Source: an uncultured Actinomycetota bacterium
GTDB lineage: Bacteria; Actinomycetota; Actinomycetes; JACCUZ01
Direction: 5' to 3'
DNA length: 64,000 nucleotides
NCBI GenBank assembly: GCA_963728425.1
Contig: CAVSKC010000007.1
Coordinates: 3,895-67,894, forward strand
In this document: one piece after another, positions 38,810 through 52,691 of the stretch
Numbering within the stretch: the first letter of the stretch is position 1
Layout: every line of letters starts with the position of its first letter
The notes under the pieces: generated by a model
The model's database searches: none
Told to the model about the DNA's origin: nothing
Seen by the model: only the letters and a program-made list of their open reading frames with translations
Made by a program: the position numbers and the translations under genes

Positions 38810-39681
38810 GTCCGACGACTGACGGCCTGGTCGTCGTCGACAAGCCGGCCGGGCTGACCTCGCACGACGTCGTCGCCCGGGTCCGCCGGCTGGCCGGCAC
38901 CCGCAAGGTCGGCCATGCCGGCACGCTGGACCCGATGGCGACCGGCGTGCTCGTGGTCGGCGTCAACCGGGCCACCCGGCTGCTCGGCCACCTGACTCTC
39001 ACCGAGAAGGCCTACGACGCCACCATGCGGCTCGGGGCGACCACGGTGACCGACGACGCCGAGGGCGAGGTCGTCGCGACAGCCGACGCCAGCGGTGTCA
39101 CCGCCGAGGCGGTCGCGGCCGTGGTGGCCGGGCTCACCGGTGACATCCAGCAGGTGCCGTCCGCGGTCAGCGCCATCAAGGTCGACGGTCAGCGGTCGTA
39201 CAAGCGGGTCCGCGCGGGTGAGGACGTCGAGCTCGCGGCCCGCCCGGTGACGGTGCGCCGCTTCGACGTCGGCGACCTGCGGCCGGCCGCAGACGGAGCC
39301 CTCGACGTCGACGTGCACGTCGTCTGCTCCAGCGGCACCTACGTCCGCGCGCTGGCCCGGGACCTCGGCACCGGCCTCGGGGTCGGTGGCCACCTCACGA
39401 TGCTGCGGCGGACCCGGGTCGGTCCCTACGGCCTGGAAGTCGCGCACACCCTCGAGGAGCTGGCCGACGACCTCGTCGTGCTCCCGATCGCGGACGCGGC
39501 CCGGGCAGCGTTCGCGGCGCGCGACGTCGACGCCGCGGCTGCGACCGTGGTGTCGCACGGCGGCCCGCTGCCGGCGACCGGAATGCCCGGACCGGTGGCC
39601 GTCTTCGGCCCGGACGGCGGCTTCCTGGCCCTGGTCGAGGACCGCGGCGAGACGACCCGGGCCGTCGCCGTCTTCGTCTGA
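38806..39681 (+). CDS. truB: tRNA pseudouridine(55) synthase TruB
   Basis: The GTG overlaps the rbfA stop (GTGA). The protein reads ...[47 protein letters not shown]... (catalytic Asp motif). Intact 291 aa. Confidence 0.92.
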   Translation: MSPTTDGLVVVDKPAGLTSHDVVARVRRLAGTRKVGHAGTLDPMATGVLVVGVNRATRLLGHLTLTEKAYDATMRLGATTVTDDAEGEVVATADASGVTAEAVAAVVAGLTGDIQQVPSAVSAIKVDGQRSYKRVRAGEDVELAARPVTVRRFDVGDLRPAADGALDVDVHVVCSSGTYVRALARDLGTGLGVGGHLTMLRRTRVGPYGLEVAHTLEELADDLVVLPIADAARAAFAARDVDAAAATVVSHGGPLPATGMPGPVAVFGPDGGFLALVEDRGETTRAVAVFV

Positions 39682-39690
39682 CCGACCCCG

Positions 39691-41166
39691 TCAGGCGTCC
39701 AGGTGCCGGATCCGTGGCCAGGCCTGCGCCCACGACCCGGCCGGGCCGGTGCAGACCCACACCCCGTTTCCGTCTTCCTCGTTGTCGACGCCGGTCCGCA
39801 GCGTCGCGGCGGTCCGGCAGCCAGACAGCTGGTCCGCGTCGGGTGCGCGATACCCGACGTAGACGACCGGTCCGTCGGAGGACGGCGGCCCCCAGTCGCC
39901 GAACCCGTTGTGCCCGCTGAAGACCGGCGCGTCGACGCCGTACCAGAGGAGGGCGCCGGCCTGGCCGTAGTTCTGGGTCACCACGACCGCCGTACGCCGG
40001 TCGGCCGGCGGCAGGTCGTCGAGCACGCCGCGCACGGAGGCGACCACCGACGGCCAGCCGATGGTCTCCAGGCCGTCCTCGTTCAGCGCCGGGTAGAACG
40101 ACGCGTCCAGCGTCGACACCGGCAGCACCGGGAGCAGGGCGGGCACAGGGAACAGCGCCGTGATGGCGACAAGGGCTGTCCACCGGCGCACCCCTGTGCG
40201 GGACCGGCGGTCGGCGACCACCGCTGAGCCGGCCGCGGCCAGCGGTGGCAGCAGGCCGAGCAGGTAGTAGTTCTTGCCGCCGGTCAGGGCGAAGGCGACC
40301 AGCAGCACGCCGTAGGCGATCGGGACCGGCCGGAAGAACGCCCATTCGGGGCGACGCCACGCCGCGCGCGCACCGACGGCGGCGAGGACGGCTCCGAGCG
40401 GGTTGAGCATGAGGACCTGGAAGCCGACCAGCTCGATGATGCCGCCCGGCGTGCGGTACTCGTCCCGGATGTCGCCGGCCAGCTCGAGCTGGGGCCAGCC
40501 GTGCTCCGCCTGCCAGGCGAGGTTGGGCAGCCACAGGGCGACGGCGACGGCCGCGCCGGCCCAGGCCCACGGCGAGCGCAGGTGGTGCCGGGTGGCGGGC
40601 GTGATCGCGATGCCGACGACGAGACCCGCGGCGAGGAAGCCGACCAGGTGCTTGTTCTCCAGCCCGATGCCGAGGGTCAATCCGACGGCGAGCCAGAGGC
40701 GAGGACGGTCGTGCTGCAGGGTCGCGACCACCAGGCGCACCACGACGGTCCACGCCAGCAGGTCGGGTGTCGCGGTCGACAGCAGGTGACCGATGGCCAG
40801 GACGCCCGCCCCGGTGCCGGTCGCCACCGCGGCCAGCAGCTGCGCGCCGCGGTCGCCGCCGAGGGCGCGCGCGAGGTCCGCGGTCAGCAGCACGACGACA
40901 CCGGCGATCACGGCCGAGAACGCGCGCAGGGCGAGCAGCGAGCCTGGCGCGAGCACGTCGGCCGCGGCGGCGATCAGCGGGGTCAGAGGCGGCTGGTCGG
41001 GATAGCCCCACTGCGGGTGGTGGCCGGCCGCGACGAAGTAGAGCTCGTCCCGATGCGGTCCGTAGCGACTGCTCAGCGCGAGCAGCACCCCGGTCGTCAG
41101 CGCGGCGACCACCAGGGGGCCGGTAGCCAGCCGTCGTTCCGTCGGTGGCGCTGCCGGCGGCGACAT
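39691..41166 (-). CDS. glycosyltransferase family 39 (ArnT/PMT-like) integral membrane protein
   Basis: Within ORF 39691..41502(-), from MSPPAAPPTERRLATGPLVVAALTTGVLLALSSRYGPHRDELYFVAAGHHPQWGYPDQPPLTPLIA..., with many TM segments. The start overlaps the upstream GNAT stop. It is convergent with truB, with only 9 nt between the stops. Confidence 0.6.
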   Translation of the reverse strand: MSPPAAPPTERRLATGPLVVAALTTGVLLALSSRYGPHRDELYFVAAGHHPQWGYPDQPPLTPLIAAAADVLAPGSLLALRAFSAVIAGVVVLLTADLARALGGDRGAQLLAAVATGTGAGVLAIGHLLSTATPDLLAWTVVVRLVVATLQHDRPRLWLAVGLTLGIGLENKHLVGFLAAGLVVGIAITPATRHHLRSPWAWAGAAVAVALWLPNLAWQAEHGWPQLELAGDIRDEYRTPGGIIELVGFQVLMLNPLGAVLAAVGARAAWRRPEWAFFRPVPIAYGVLLVAFALTGGKNYYLLGLLPPLAAAGSAVVADRRSRTGVRRWTALVAITALFPVPALLPVLPVSTLDASFYPALNEDGLETIGWPSVVASVRGVLDDLPPADRRTAVVVTQNYGQAGALLWYGVDAPVFSGHNGFGDWGPPSSDGPVVYVGYRAPDADQLSGCRTAATLRTGVDNEEDGNGVWVCTGPAGSWAQAWPRIRHLDA

Positions 41167-41636
41167 CACAGCGCGAGGGACAGGGCGACGACTCCCTCTG
41201 GTGCGATGAAGCCGAGGCTGCGGTACAGCGCCCTGGCCGCATCGTTGTCCGACTCGGTCTGCAGCGTGATGCGGGGCACTCCGGCGGCGCGGGCGTCGTC
41301 GAGCACCCGGGTGACCAGGGCGCGTCCCACTCCCTGCCCGCGGTGTCCGCTCGCGACGTACAGGTCGCGAAGGACCCACAGCTCGTCCAGCCGCACGGTC
41401 ATCGACGACGGGAAGACGAGGGCGACGCCCATCGCGACGTCGGCGGACGCCGTCGCGAGGTAGCACCGCAGCTGCGCGCGGCTGGCCGGGCCCCGGAGCC
41501 ACTGCTCGGTCCGGTCAAGGTCCGACTGCGCGCGGTAGTGCACCCGGTAGTCGTTCACGAGGCGTACGACGTCGGCGAAGCCGGGCTCGTCGACGCCCAG
41601 CGTCCGCACCACGACCTGTTGCGCCACGGCGCCCAT
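41166..41636 (-). CDS. GNAT family N-acetyltransferase
   Basis: Intact 156-aa ORF with ...LRDLYVASGHRGQGVGRALVTRVLDDARAAGVPRITLQTESDNDAARALYRSLGF. Confidence 0.8.
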   Translation of the reverse strand: MGAVAQQVVVRTLGVDEPGFADVVRLVNDYRVHYRAQSDLDRTEQWLRGPASRAQLRCYLATASADVAMGVALVFPSSMTVRLDELWVLRDLYVASGHRGQGVGRALVTRVLDDARAAGVPRITLQTESDNDAARALYRSLGFIAPEGVVALSLAL

Positions 41637-41661
41637 GCTGGCACGGGCCTAGAGTGCGCGG

Positions 41662-42901
41662 GTGGACAACGCAGCCGCCCTGGACCGGGCCGCCAAGCTC
41701 GACGCCGACGACCCGGTGGCCCAGGTACGAGACCGGTTCCTGCTGCCGGAAGGCATCGTCTACCTCGACGGGAACTCGCTGGGCGCGCTGCCGGCGGCGG
41801 TCCCGGAGGCCGTGCGCGACGCGGTCGAGCGGCAGTGGGGCGTCGACCTCATCACGTCCTGGAACGCCAACGACTGGTGGGACGCGCCGCGGCGGGTCGG
41901 TGCCCGGGTCGCGCAGCTGGTCGGAGCGCAACCGGACGAGGTGCTGGTGGCCGACTCGACCTCGGCCAACCTGTTCAAGGCCTTGGTCGCGGCGGCCCGG
42001 TTGCGGCCGAGCCGCGACACGATGGTGATCGAGCCCGGCAACTTCCCGGCCGACCTCTACATCGCCGAGTCGGTGAGCGAGCTGCTCGGGCTGCGGCTGG
42101 TCCGGGTCGAGCCGGGGTCGATCGGGGCGGTGCTCGACGACGACGTCGCGGTGGTGAGCTTCTCCCAGGTCGACTACCGCACCGGGCGCGCGCACGACAT
42201 GGCGGGCATCACCCGGGCGGTGCACGACGTGGGCGGCCTGACGGTCTGGGACCTGTCGCACTCGGCCGGTGCGCTGCCGGTGGACCTCGGCGGCTGCGAG
42301 GTCGACCTCGCGGTCGGCTGCACCTACAAGTACCTGAACGGCGGGCCGGGCTCACCGGCGTACGTCATGGTGGCGCGTCGCCACCAGGACGCGGTGCGCT
42401 CACCGCTGACCGGCTGGACCGGGCACGCGCGACCGTTCGCGATGGAGCAGACCTACGAGCCGGCGCCGGGCATCGACCGGATGCGCAACGGCACGCCGTC
42501 GATGCTGTCGCTGCTCGCGCTCGAGGCGGCGCTGACGGCGTTCGACGGGGTGTCCATGAACGACGTGCGGGCCAAGAGCCTGTCGCTGACGTCGTTCTTC
42601 CTCGACCTCGCCGACGAGGTGCTGGGCGCCGTTGGGCTTCGAGCCGGTGACGCCGAGGGCGCCCGACGAGCGGGGCAGCCAGGTGTCGCTGCGGCACCCC
42701 TCGGCGTACGGCGTGGTGCAGGCCCTCCTGGCCCGCCGGGTGATCGGTGACTACCGGGAGCCGGACCTGGTGCGGCTCGGCTTCGCGCCGCTCTACGTGC
42801 GGCACGTGGACGTGGTGGTCGCGGTGTCGGAGATGGCAGCCGTGGTGGCCGCGGGCGAGCAGGACGACCCGCAGTACGCCGTGCGCACCGTCGTCACCTG
42901 A
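41662..42901 (+). pseudogene. kynU: kynureninase, one frameshift near 42628
   Basis: ORF 41662..42750 reads ...LLPEGIVYLDGNSLGALP...VADSTSANLFK...DLAVGCTYKYLNGGPGSPAY... (PLP Lys region). After ...LADEVLGA the conserved end LGFEPVTPRAPDERGSQVSLRHPSAYGVVQALLARRVIGDYREPDLVRLGFAPLY continues in ORF 42632..42901. Confidence 0.8.
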
Positions 42902-43076
42902 GGTTCAACCTGCCGCCTCAAGATCGTTCCCAGGCCCGCACAGTGCACCCGTCGCACCGGAGACTCGCCTGCGGGCGCCCGCTCAACGTGGGTCCGACCG
43001 GGCAGCACTGTGGGGTCGGGGGCACGATCATCGTCTCCGGTGGAAGGTCAGGGGCTGCCAGACTTCGCGCGCGACG

Positions 43077-43814
43077 TCAGGCGCGGGACCGGCGGCCGAA
43101 GCGGCGCCAGGTGCGGCGCGGCTTCTCGAACGGTGCGTAGGCGAAGATCCGCTCCCAGCCGTGCCGGGCCAGCCGGGTGCGTGGGCCGTGGGCGCCCCAG
43201 GCGACGCCCATGCCCACCTCGCGCTGCCGCAGGTCCACGATCGTCCAGGCCGGGTCCAATGACTCGGCGAACTCGCGCAGGGCAAGGTCGGGCGACGACA
43301 GCGCGGCGACCTGCGGCATCGCGCCCGGCCGGGTGCGCCACACGTCGTACAGCCGGTCCTCGTGCACGTCGTCCACCAGCGAGGAGTGCGGCGGGACGTA
43401 CTTCTTCACCACCTCGTCGAGGAAGGTGGCGAGGTCGGGCGCCTGGTAGAGCAGCACCGGTGCGTCGTGGGAGTGGAAGAAGACCGGCGCGACCTCGGCG
43501 GTGTCCGGCGTGAGGTCGAGCACCCAGAAGTTGCCGAAGCCGTCCGCCGCGATCGGCAGGCCGGCCGGCATCAGCTCGGCCAGCTCGACGGAGTGGTCGC
43601 GGCCGGTGAGGTCGAGGTCGAGCAGCGCCCCCGCGCCCCGAGTCACCGCCAGCAGCCGGAGCAGCTCGGCCGGCAGCGGCACCGGGTAGCCGGCCTGCAG
43701 GGTCGCGACCTCGGCCTCGGGCACCGGCGGTCGCAGCTCGACCGCCACCTCGTGGCCGTCCTCGTCCACCAGCCGGGAGCCCACCGCCGCCTGCAGCCGC
43801 TGCACCGCATCCAT
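43077..43814 (-). CDS. SMI1/KNR4 (SUKH-1) family protein
   Basis: ORF 43077..43823(-) reads ...PVPEAEVATLQAGYPVPLPAELLRLLAVTRG...LPIAADGFGNFWVLDL...VFFHSHDAPVLLYQAPDLATFLDEV. This is typical SUKH architecture. Confidence 0.6.
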   Translation of the reverse strand: MDAVQRLQAAVGSRLVDEDGHEVAVELRPPVPEAEVATLQAGYPVPLPAELLRLLAVTRGAGALLDLDLTGRDHSVELAELMPAGLPIAADGFGNFWVLDLTPDTAEVAPVFFHSHDAPVLLYQAPDLATFLDEVVKKYVPPHSSLVDDVHEDRLYDVWRTRPGAMPQVAALSSPDLALREFAESLDPAWTIVDLRQREVGMGVAWGAHGPRTRLARHGWERIFAYAPFEKPRRTWRRFGRRSRA

Positions 43815-43851
43815 GCCGAGCACGGTAAAGGCATGCCTCTACCCTGGCGCG

Positions 43852-45957
<2,106 letters not shown>

Positions 45958-45976
45958 CCGGCCTATGGTCGCCGCC

Positions 45977-46996
45977 ATGGAGCACAGGACCCTGGGGTCG
46001 AGCGGCGCAGTCGTGTCCACCTACGCGCTCGGGACCATGACGTTCGGCACCGAGACCGACGAGGAGGGCAGCCACGAGCAGCTCGACGTGTTCCTCGAGG
46101 CCGGCGGCACGCTGGTCGACACCGCCGACGTCTACACCGCCGGCGCCAGCGAGGAGATCATCGGGCGCTGGCTGGACGACCGGCCCTCGGACGTGACCGA
46201 CCGGGTCGTGCTCGCCACCAAGGCGCGCTTCGCGATGGGGGACGACCCCAACGACGCGGGGCTGTCCCGTCGCCACCTGACCCGGGCGCTCGACGCCTCG
46301 CTGACCCGGCTGCGGGTCGAGACTGCATCGACCTCTACCAGGTGCACGCCTGGGACCCGGTCACCCCGGTCGAGGAGACCCTCGGCTTCTTCGACGACGC
46401 CGTCCGCGCCGGAAAGGTCCGCTATGCGGGGCTGTCGAACTTCACCGGCTGGCAGGTGCAGCGGACCGTCGGCGTCGCGGAGCGCGCGCGGGCTGGCCGC
46501 GGCCGGTCACCCTGCAGCCGCAGTACAACCTGCTGGGCCGCGAGATCGAGTGGGAGATCGTCCCGGCCTGCCAGGCGAACGGGCTCGGCCTGCTGCCCTG
46601 GTCGCCGCTCGGCGGCGGCTGGCTGACCGGCAAGTACACCCGGGACCAGCGCCCCAGCGGGGCGACCCGGCTGGGCGAGGACCCGGAGCGCGGCGTGGAG
46701 GCCTACGACAAGCGGGCCGGCGCCGAGCGGACCTGGGCGGTGGTGGAGGCGGTCCAGTCGGTCGCCGAGGGCCGCGGGGCGTCCGATGGCGGCGGTCGCC
46801 CTCGCCTGGGTGCACGACCGGCCCGGCGGTGACCTCGGTGATCCTCGGTGCCCGGACCACCGAGCAGCTGACGCGACGAACCTGGCCGCCGCGGGCCTGC
46901 ACCTCGAGCCCGGAGGAGACCGCGCGGCTGGACGCGGCGAGCGACCCGGCGCCGGCCGACTACCCCTACGGCCGGCCGGGGGACCAAGCAGCGTAG
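45977..46996 (+). pseudogene. aldo/keto reductase family oxidoreductase; at least 5 frame breaks as sequenced
   Basis: MEHRTLGSSGAVVSTYALGTMTFGTETDEEGSHEQLDVFLEAGGTLVDTADVYTAGASEEIIGRWL...LATKARF... is in the ORF 45614 frame. IDLYQVHAWDPVTPVEETLGFFDDAVRAGKVRYAGLSNFTGWQV is in ORF 46342..46626. LQPQYNLLGREIEWEIVPACQANGLGLLPWSPLGGGWLTGKY and the end ...VTSVILGARTTEQL...SPEETARLDAAS* lie in other frames. Confidence 0.8.
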
Positions 46997-47049
46997 CCGC
47001 AGCGTGTGACCTGCCCGGAGGTGCTGATCTGCGCTGATTCGGCCGGGAC

Positions 47050-47080
47050 GCGGTTCGCTGCTGGTAGCCTGACGAACCGC
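47050..47080 (+). promoter_or_regulatory. stem-loop in the rpsO 5' leader (GCGGTTCG-N15-CGAACCGC)
   Basis: The perfect 8-bp arms lie at 47050-47057 and 47073-47080. An overlapping alternative small hairpin GCCG-N7-CGGC lies at 47079-47093. The SD GGGAGAG and the GTG at 47162 follow. Confidence 0.4.
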
Positions 47081-47161
47081 CGTGCCAGACGGCGTGAGCC
47101 TTCATGATCCGCCCGTGACCCATACCGGTCGGAGCTCACCACGTAGACCTCAGGGAGAGCT

Positions 47162-47431
47162 GTGCCGCTCGACACCGCCACGAAGAACCAGATCATCGCT
47201 GACCACGGCCGCGTCGAGGCCGACACCGGCTCGCCCGAGGTCCAGGTGGCGATGCTCTCGCGTCGCATCAGCGACCTGACCGAGCACCTCAAGGAGCACA
47301 AGCACGACCACCACTCGCGTCGTGGCCTGCTGCTCCTCGTCGGCCGTCGCCGCCGCCTGCTCAACTACCTGGCGAAGAAGGACATCAACCGCTACCGCGC
47401 GCTGATCGAGAAGCTCGGCCTGCGCCGCTAG
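47162..47431 (+). CDS. rpsO: 30S ribosomal protein S15
   Basis: Intact 89-aa ORF, (M)[88 protein letters not shown]. Confidence 0.95.
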   Translation: MPLDTATKNQIIADHGRVEADTGSPEVQVAMLSRRISDLTEHLKEHKHDHHSRRGLLLLVGRRRRLLNYLAKKDINRYRALIEKLGLRR

Positions 47432-47571
47432 CTCCCGCACCACACACGAGGACGAGCGGCTCGCCCCGGCGTACCGGTCCTCGGTAGTGGCCCGCGGACG
47501 ACGCACCACGCTCCGCAGGCTTCCATCGAAGACCGGCGCCGCGACCCGCTCTCCCTGCCACAAAGAGGAGA
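47432..47571 (+). promoter_or_regulatory. rpsO-pnp intergenic leader, candidate Actino-pnp-type structured RNA with an SD-sequestering hairpin
   Basis: The 140-nt spacer has no ORF. CTCTCC (47549-47554) can pair with GGAGAG (47567-47572), which covers the pnp SD and the first base of the GTG. GAGCGG (about 47456) is complementary to CCGCTC (about 47545). Confidence 0.4.
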
Positions 47572-49816
47572 GTGACCCTGTATGACGGAGAGTCCGTCCA
47601 CACCGCCGACGCCGTGATCGACAACGGCTCGTTCGGCACCCGCACCGTCCGGTTCGAGACCGGCCGGCTGGCCCGTCAGGCCGCCGGCTCCGTCGCCGCG
47701 TACCTCGACGACGACACCATGCTGCTGTCGGCCACCACGGCCGGCAAGCACCCCAAGGAGAACCTCGACTTCTTCCCCCTCACGGTGGACGTCGAGGAGC
47801 GGATGTACGCCGCCGGCCGGATCCCCGGCTCGTTCTTCCGCCGCGAGGGCCGGCCGTCCGAGGACGCCATCCTCACCTGCCGCCTGATCGACCGGCCGCT
47901 GCGCCCGACCTTCGCGAAGGGCCTGCGCAACGAGGTCCAGGTCGTCATCACGGTGATGGCCCTGGACCCCAAGGACATGTACGACGTCGTGGCGATCAAC
48001 GCCGCGTCAGCCTCCACCCAGCTGTCCGGCCTGCCGTTCTCCGGCCCGGTCGGCGCCACCCGGGTCGCCCTCATCGACGACCAGTGGGTCGCGTTCCCCA
48101 CCCACGAGCAGCTCGAGTCGGCCGTCTTCGACATGGTCGTCGCCGGCCGGATCGCGGGCGATGACGTCGCGATCATGATGGTCGAGGCCGAGGCCACCAT
48201 GGCCGCCTGGCACCTGATCAAGGACGACGGCAAGACCGCTCCCACCGAGGAGGTCGTGGCCCAGGGCCTCGAGGCCGCCAAGCCGTTCATCAAGGTGCTC
48301 TGCGAGGCCCAGCAGCAGCTGGCCGCCGCGGCCGCCAAGCCCACCGCCGAGTTCCCCCGGTTCCTCGACTACCAGGACGACGTCCTGCAGGCCGTGTCCG
48401 ACCTGGTCAGCGACGAGCTCGGCCAGGCGCTCACCATCGCCGCCAAGCAGGAGCGCGAGACCGAGCTGGACCGGATCAAGGACGCCGCCAAGGAGAAGCT
48501 GGCCGGCCAGTTCGAGGGTCGCGAGAAGGAGATCAGCGCGGCCTACCGCTCGGTCACCAAGGCGCTGGTCCGGCAGCGCATCCTGCGCGACAAGGTCCGC
48601 ATCGACGGTCGCGGGCTGTCCGACATCCGCACCCTCTCGGCCGAGGTCGAGGTGCTCCCGCGGGTGCACGGCTCGGCGCTGTTCGAGCGCGGCGAGACCC
48701 AGATCCTCGGGGTCACCACGCTGAACATGCTCCGCATGGAGCAGATGATCGACACGCTCAACCCCGAGAACCGCAAGCGCTACATGCACAACTACAACTT
48801 CCCGCCCTACTCGACCGGTGAGACCGGCCGGGTCGGCTCGCCGAAGCGCCGCGAGATCGGTCACGGCGCGCTCGCCGAGCGGGCGATCCTGCCGGTGCTG
48901 CCGGCCCGCGAGGAGTTCCCCTACGCGATCCGTCAGGTGTCCGAGGCCCTCGGCTCCAACGGCTCGACCTCGATGGGCTCGGTCTGCGCCTCGACCATGT
49001 CGCTGCTGCAGGCCGGCGTGCCGCTGCGGGCGCCCGTCGCCGGCATCGCGATGGGCCTCATCTCCGACACGATTGAACAGCCGACGGTCGGAAGTCCGAG
49101 TACGCGGCGCTGACCGACATCCTCGGCGCCGAGGACGCGTTCGGCGACATGGACTTCAAGGTCGCCGGCACCCGCGAGTTCGTCACGGCCATCCAGCTCG
49201 ACACCAAGCTCGACGGCATCCCGGCCTCGGTGCTCGCCTCGGCGCTCACCCAGGCCAAGGAGGCCCGCCTCCACATCCTCGACGTCATGCACGAGGCGAT
49301 CGACGCGCCGGACGAGATGTCGCCGCACGCGCCGCGGATCATCAGCGATCAAGATCCCGGTCGACCAGATCGGTGCGGTCATCGGCCCCAAGGGCAAGAT
49401 GATCAACCAGATCCAGGACGAGACCGGCGCCGAGATCAGCATCGAGGACGACGGCACCATCTACATCGGTGCGACCGACGGCCCGAAGGCCGAGGCGGCC
49501 CGCGCGATGATCAACGCGATCGCCAACCCGACGATGCCCGAGGTCGGCGAGCGCTACCTGGGCACCGTCGTCAAGACCACCACCTTCGGCGCGTTCGTGT
49601 CGCTCGTGCCCGGTCGGGACGGCCTGCTGCACATCTCGAAGCTTCGCGGGCTGGCCGGCGGCAAGCGGGTCGACAACGTCGAGGACGTCGTCAAGGTCGG
49701 CGACAAGGTGCAGGTCCAGATCGCCGAGATCGACCCGCGGGGCAAGCTGTCGCTGATCCCGGTCGAGGCCGACAGCGCCGGTGCCGCGCCCGGCGGCCGC
49801 CGACGTCGAGGCCTAG
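47572..49816 (+). pseudogene. pnp: polyribonucleotide nucleotidyltransferase (PNPase); about 3 frame breaks as sequenced
   Basis: ORF 47572..49113 reads ...[43 protein letters not shown]...[45 protein letters not shown]... It continues as ...[31 protein letters not shown]... (ORF 49149 frame). The KH/S1 part [36 protein letters not shown]...[15 protein letters not shown]...GLLHISKL lies in the ORF 49399 frame. The likely stop is the TAG at 49814-49816, after a last shift. Breaks lie near 49078, 49346 and 49795. Confidence 0.9.
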
Positions 49817-49821
49817 GCCGC

Positions 49822-51143
49822 GTGGCTCGTCAGGCCACCCGCACGCTCCACCGGGGGGACGGCGGTGGCGGACTCGTCCGCCACACCGTCCTGCCCGGCG
49901 GGCTGCGCATCGTCACCGAGTCGGTGCCCACCGTCCGGTCGGTGACCGTGGGCGTCTGGGTGGGCGTGGGCTCGCGGGACGAGGCTCCCTCGCTCGCCGG
50001 TGCCTCGCACTACCTGGAGCACCTGCTGTTCAAGGGCACCCGGCGGCGCGACGCGCTGGACATCTCGGCCGCCATCGACGCCGTCGGCGGCGAGATGAAC
50101 GCGTTCACGTCCAAGGAGTACACCTGCTTCTACGCGCGGGTGCTCGACACCGACCTGCCGCTCGCGGTGGACGTCGTCGGTGACCTGGTCACCTCCTCGG
50201 TGATCCGCGCCGCCGACGTCGACGCGGAGCGGGGCGTGATCCTCGAGGAGATCGCCATGCACGAGGACGACCCGACGGACATGGTCCACGACCAGTTCGC
50301 CCAGGTCCTCTTCGACGGCGGCTCGCTGGCCCGGCCGGTGCTCGGCACGGTCGAGTCGATCGAGACGATCGGCCGGTCGGCCATCAACGGCTACTACCGC
50401 CGTCGCTACCGGCCGCAGGACATGGTGGTCGCGGTCGCGGGCAACGTCGACCACGGCAACGTGGTCCGGCTGGTGAAGAAGGCGTTCGGCGCTGCCGGGA
50501 TGCTCGACGGCGTCTCGGAGCCCCACGGCGGCGCGCGGCGGCCGGCTCATCAGCACGGACCAGCGGCGTGCGCGTCGTCCGGCGTACGACCGAGCAGGCC
50601 AACGTCGTGCTCGGCGGCCCGGGGTCGCGCGCACCGACGAGCGGCGGTTCGCCCTCGGCGTGCTCAACGCCGCGCTGGGCGGCGGGATGTCGTCCCGGCT
50701 GTTCCAGGAGGTGCGGGAGAAGCGCGGCCTGGCCTACTCGCGTCTACAGCTACCACGCGCAGTACGCCGACACCGGGCTGTTCGGCGTCTACGCGGGCTG
50801 CGTCCCGCGCAAGGTCGACGACGTCCTGGCCATCTGCCGTGAGGAGCTGGACAAGGTCGCCGCCGCCGGCATCACCTTCGAGGAGCTCGAGCGCGGCAAG
50901 GGCCAGCTGCGCGGGTCGATGGTGCTCGGCCTGGAGGACACCGGCTCGCGGATGAGCCGGATCGGCAAGGCCGAGCTGGTCTACGGCGAGCAGCTCTCCG
51001 TCGACGACGTGCTGGCCCGGATCGACGCGGTCACCCTCGACGAGGTGACCGAGGTCGCCGCGGACGTGCTGTCCGCGACGCCCACCCTCGCCGTCGTCGG
51101 CCCCTTCGACGAGGACCGCGACTTCACCCGCGCCGTGGCCTGA
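49822..51143 (+). pseudogene. M16 family (pitrilysin-like) zinc peptidase; about 4 frame breaks as sequenced
   Basis: From the GTG at 49822: [73 protein letters not shown] (inverted HxxEH zinc motif). Later pieces are [56 protein letters not shown] and [20 protein letters not shown]...AVVGPFDEDRDFTRAVA*. They alternate between ORFs 49399..50955, 50568..51143 and 50660..50842. Confidence 0.85.
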
Positions 51144-51155
51144 CCCGCAACCTGA

Positions 51156-52555
<1,400 letters not shown>

Positions 52556-52691
52556 GTCAGCCCACCAGTGCCCAGGTCCCCGCGATGAGCGCGCTCAGGG
52601 CGAGGACGATGGCGAGCACGATCCGGTGCCTGCGCGGCAGGTGTTCGGTCACGTAGGAGTAGACGATCGAGCGGCCCGGATGGTTGCCCCC

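Noticed and set aside
42902-43076. 175-nt gap between convergent kynU and SMI1, examined for a terminator, tRNA or sRNA.
   Set aside because: Only 4-5-bp stems were found, with no U-tract and no cloverleaf-compatible arms. Nothing is supportable by eye.
49399-50955. Apparent PNPase-M16 peptidase fusion ORF, and likewise the membrane protein-AKR fusion 45614..46996.
   Set aside because: Both fusions arise only because frameshifts remove the native stop codons (TAG 49814-49816, and probably TAG 45955-45957). Orthologous genes are separate, and a GTG with a typical M16 N-terminus is present at 49822.
52557-52652. 31-aa hydrophobic ORF (VTEHLPRRHRIVLAIVLALSALIAGTWALVG*) on the minus strand between azlD and the YciO-like gene.
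   Set aside because: It could be a real small membrane peptide, but it has no SD, no recognisable family, and lies in the same frame directly after the shifted azlD stop. The evidence is insufficient to annotate it.
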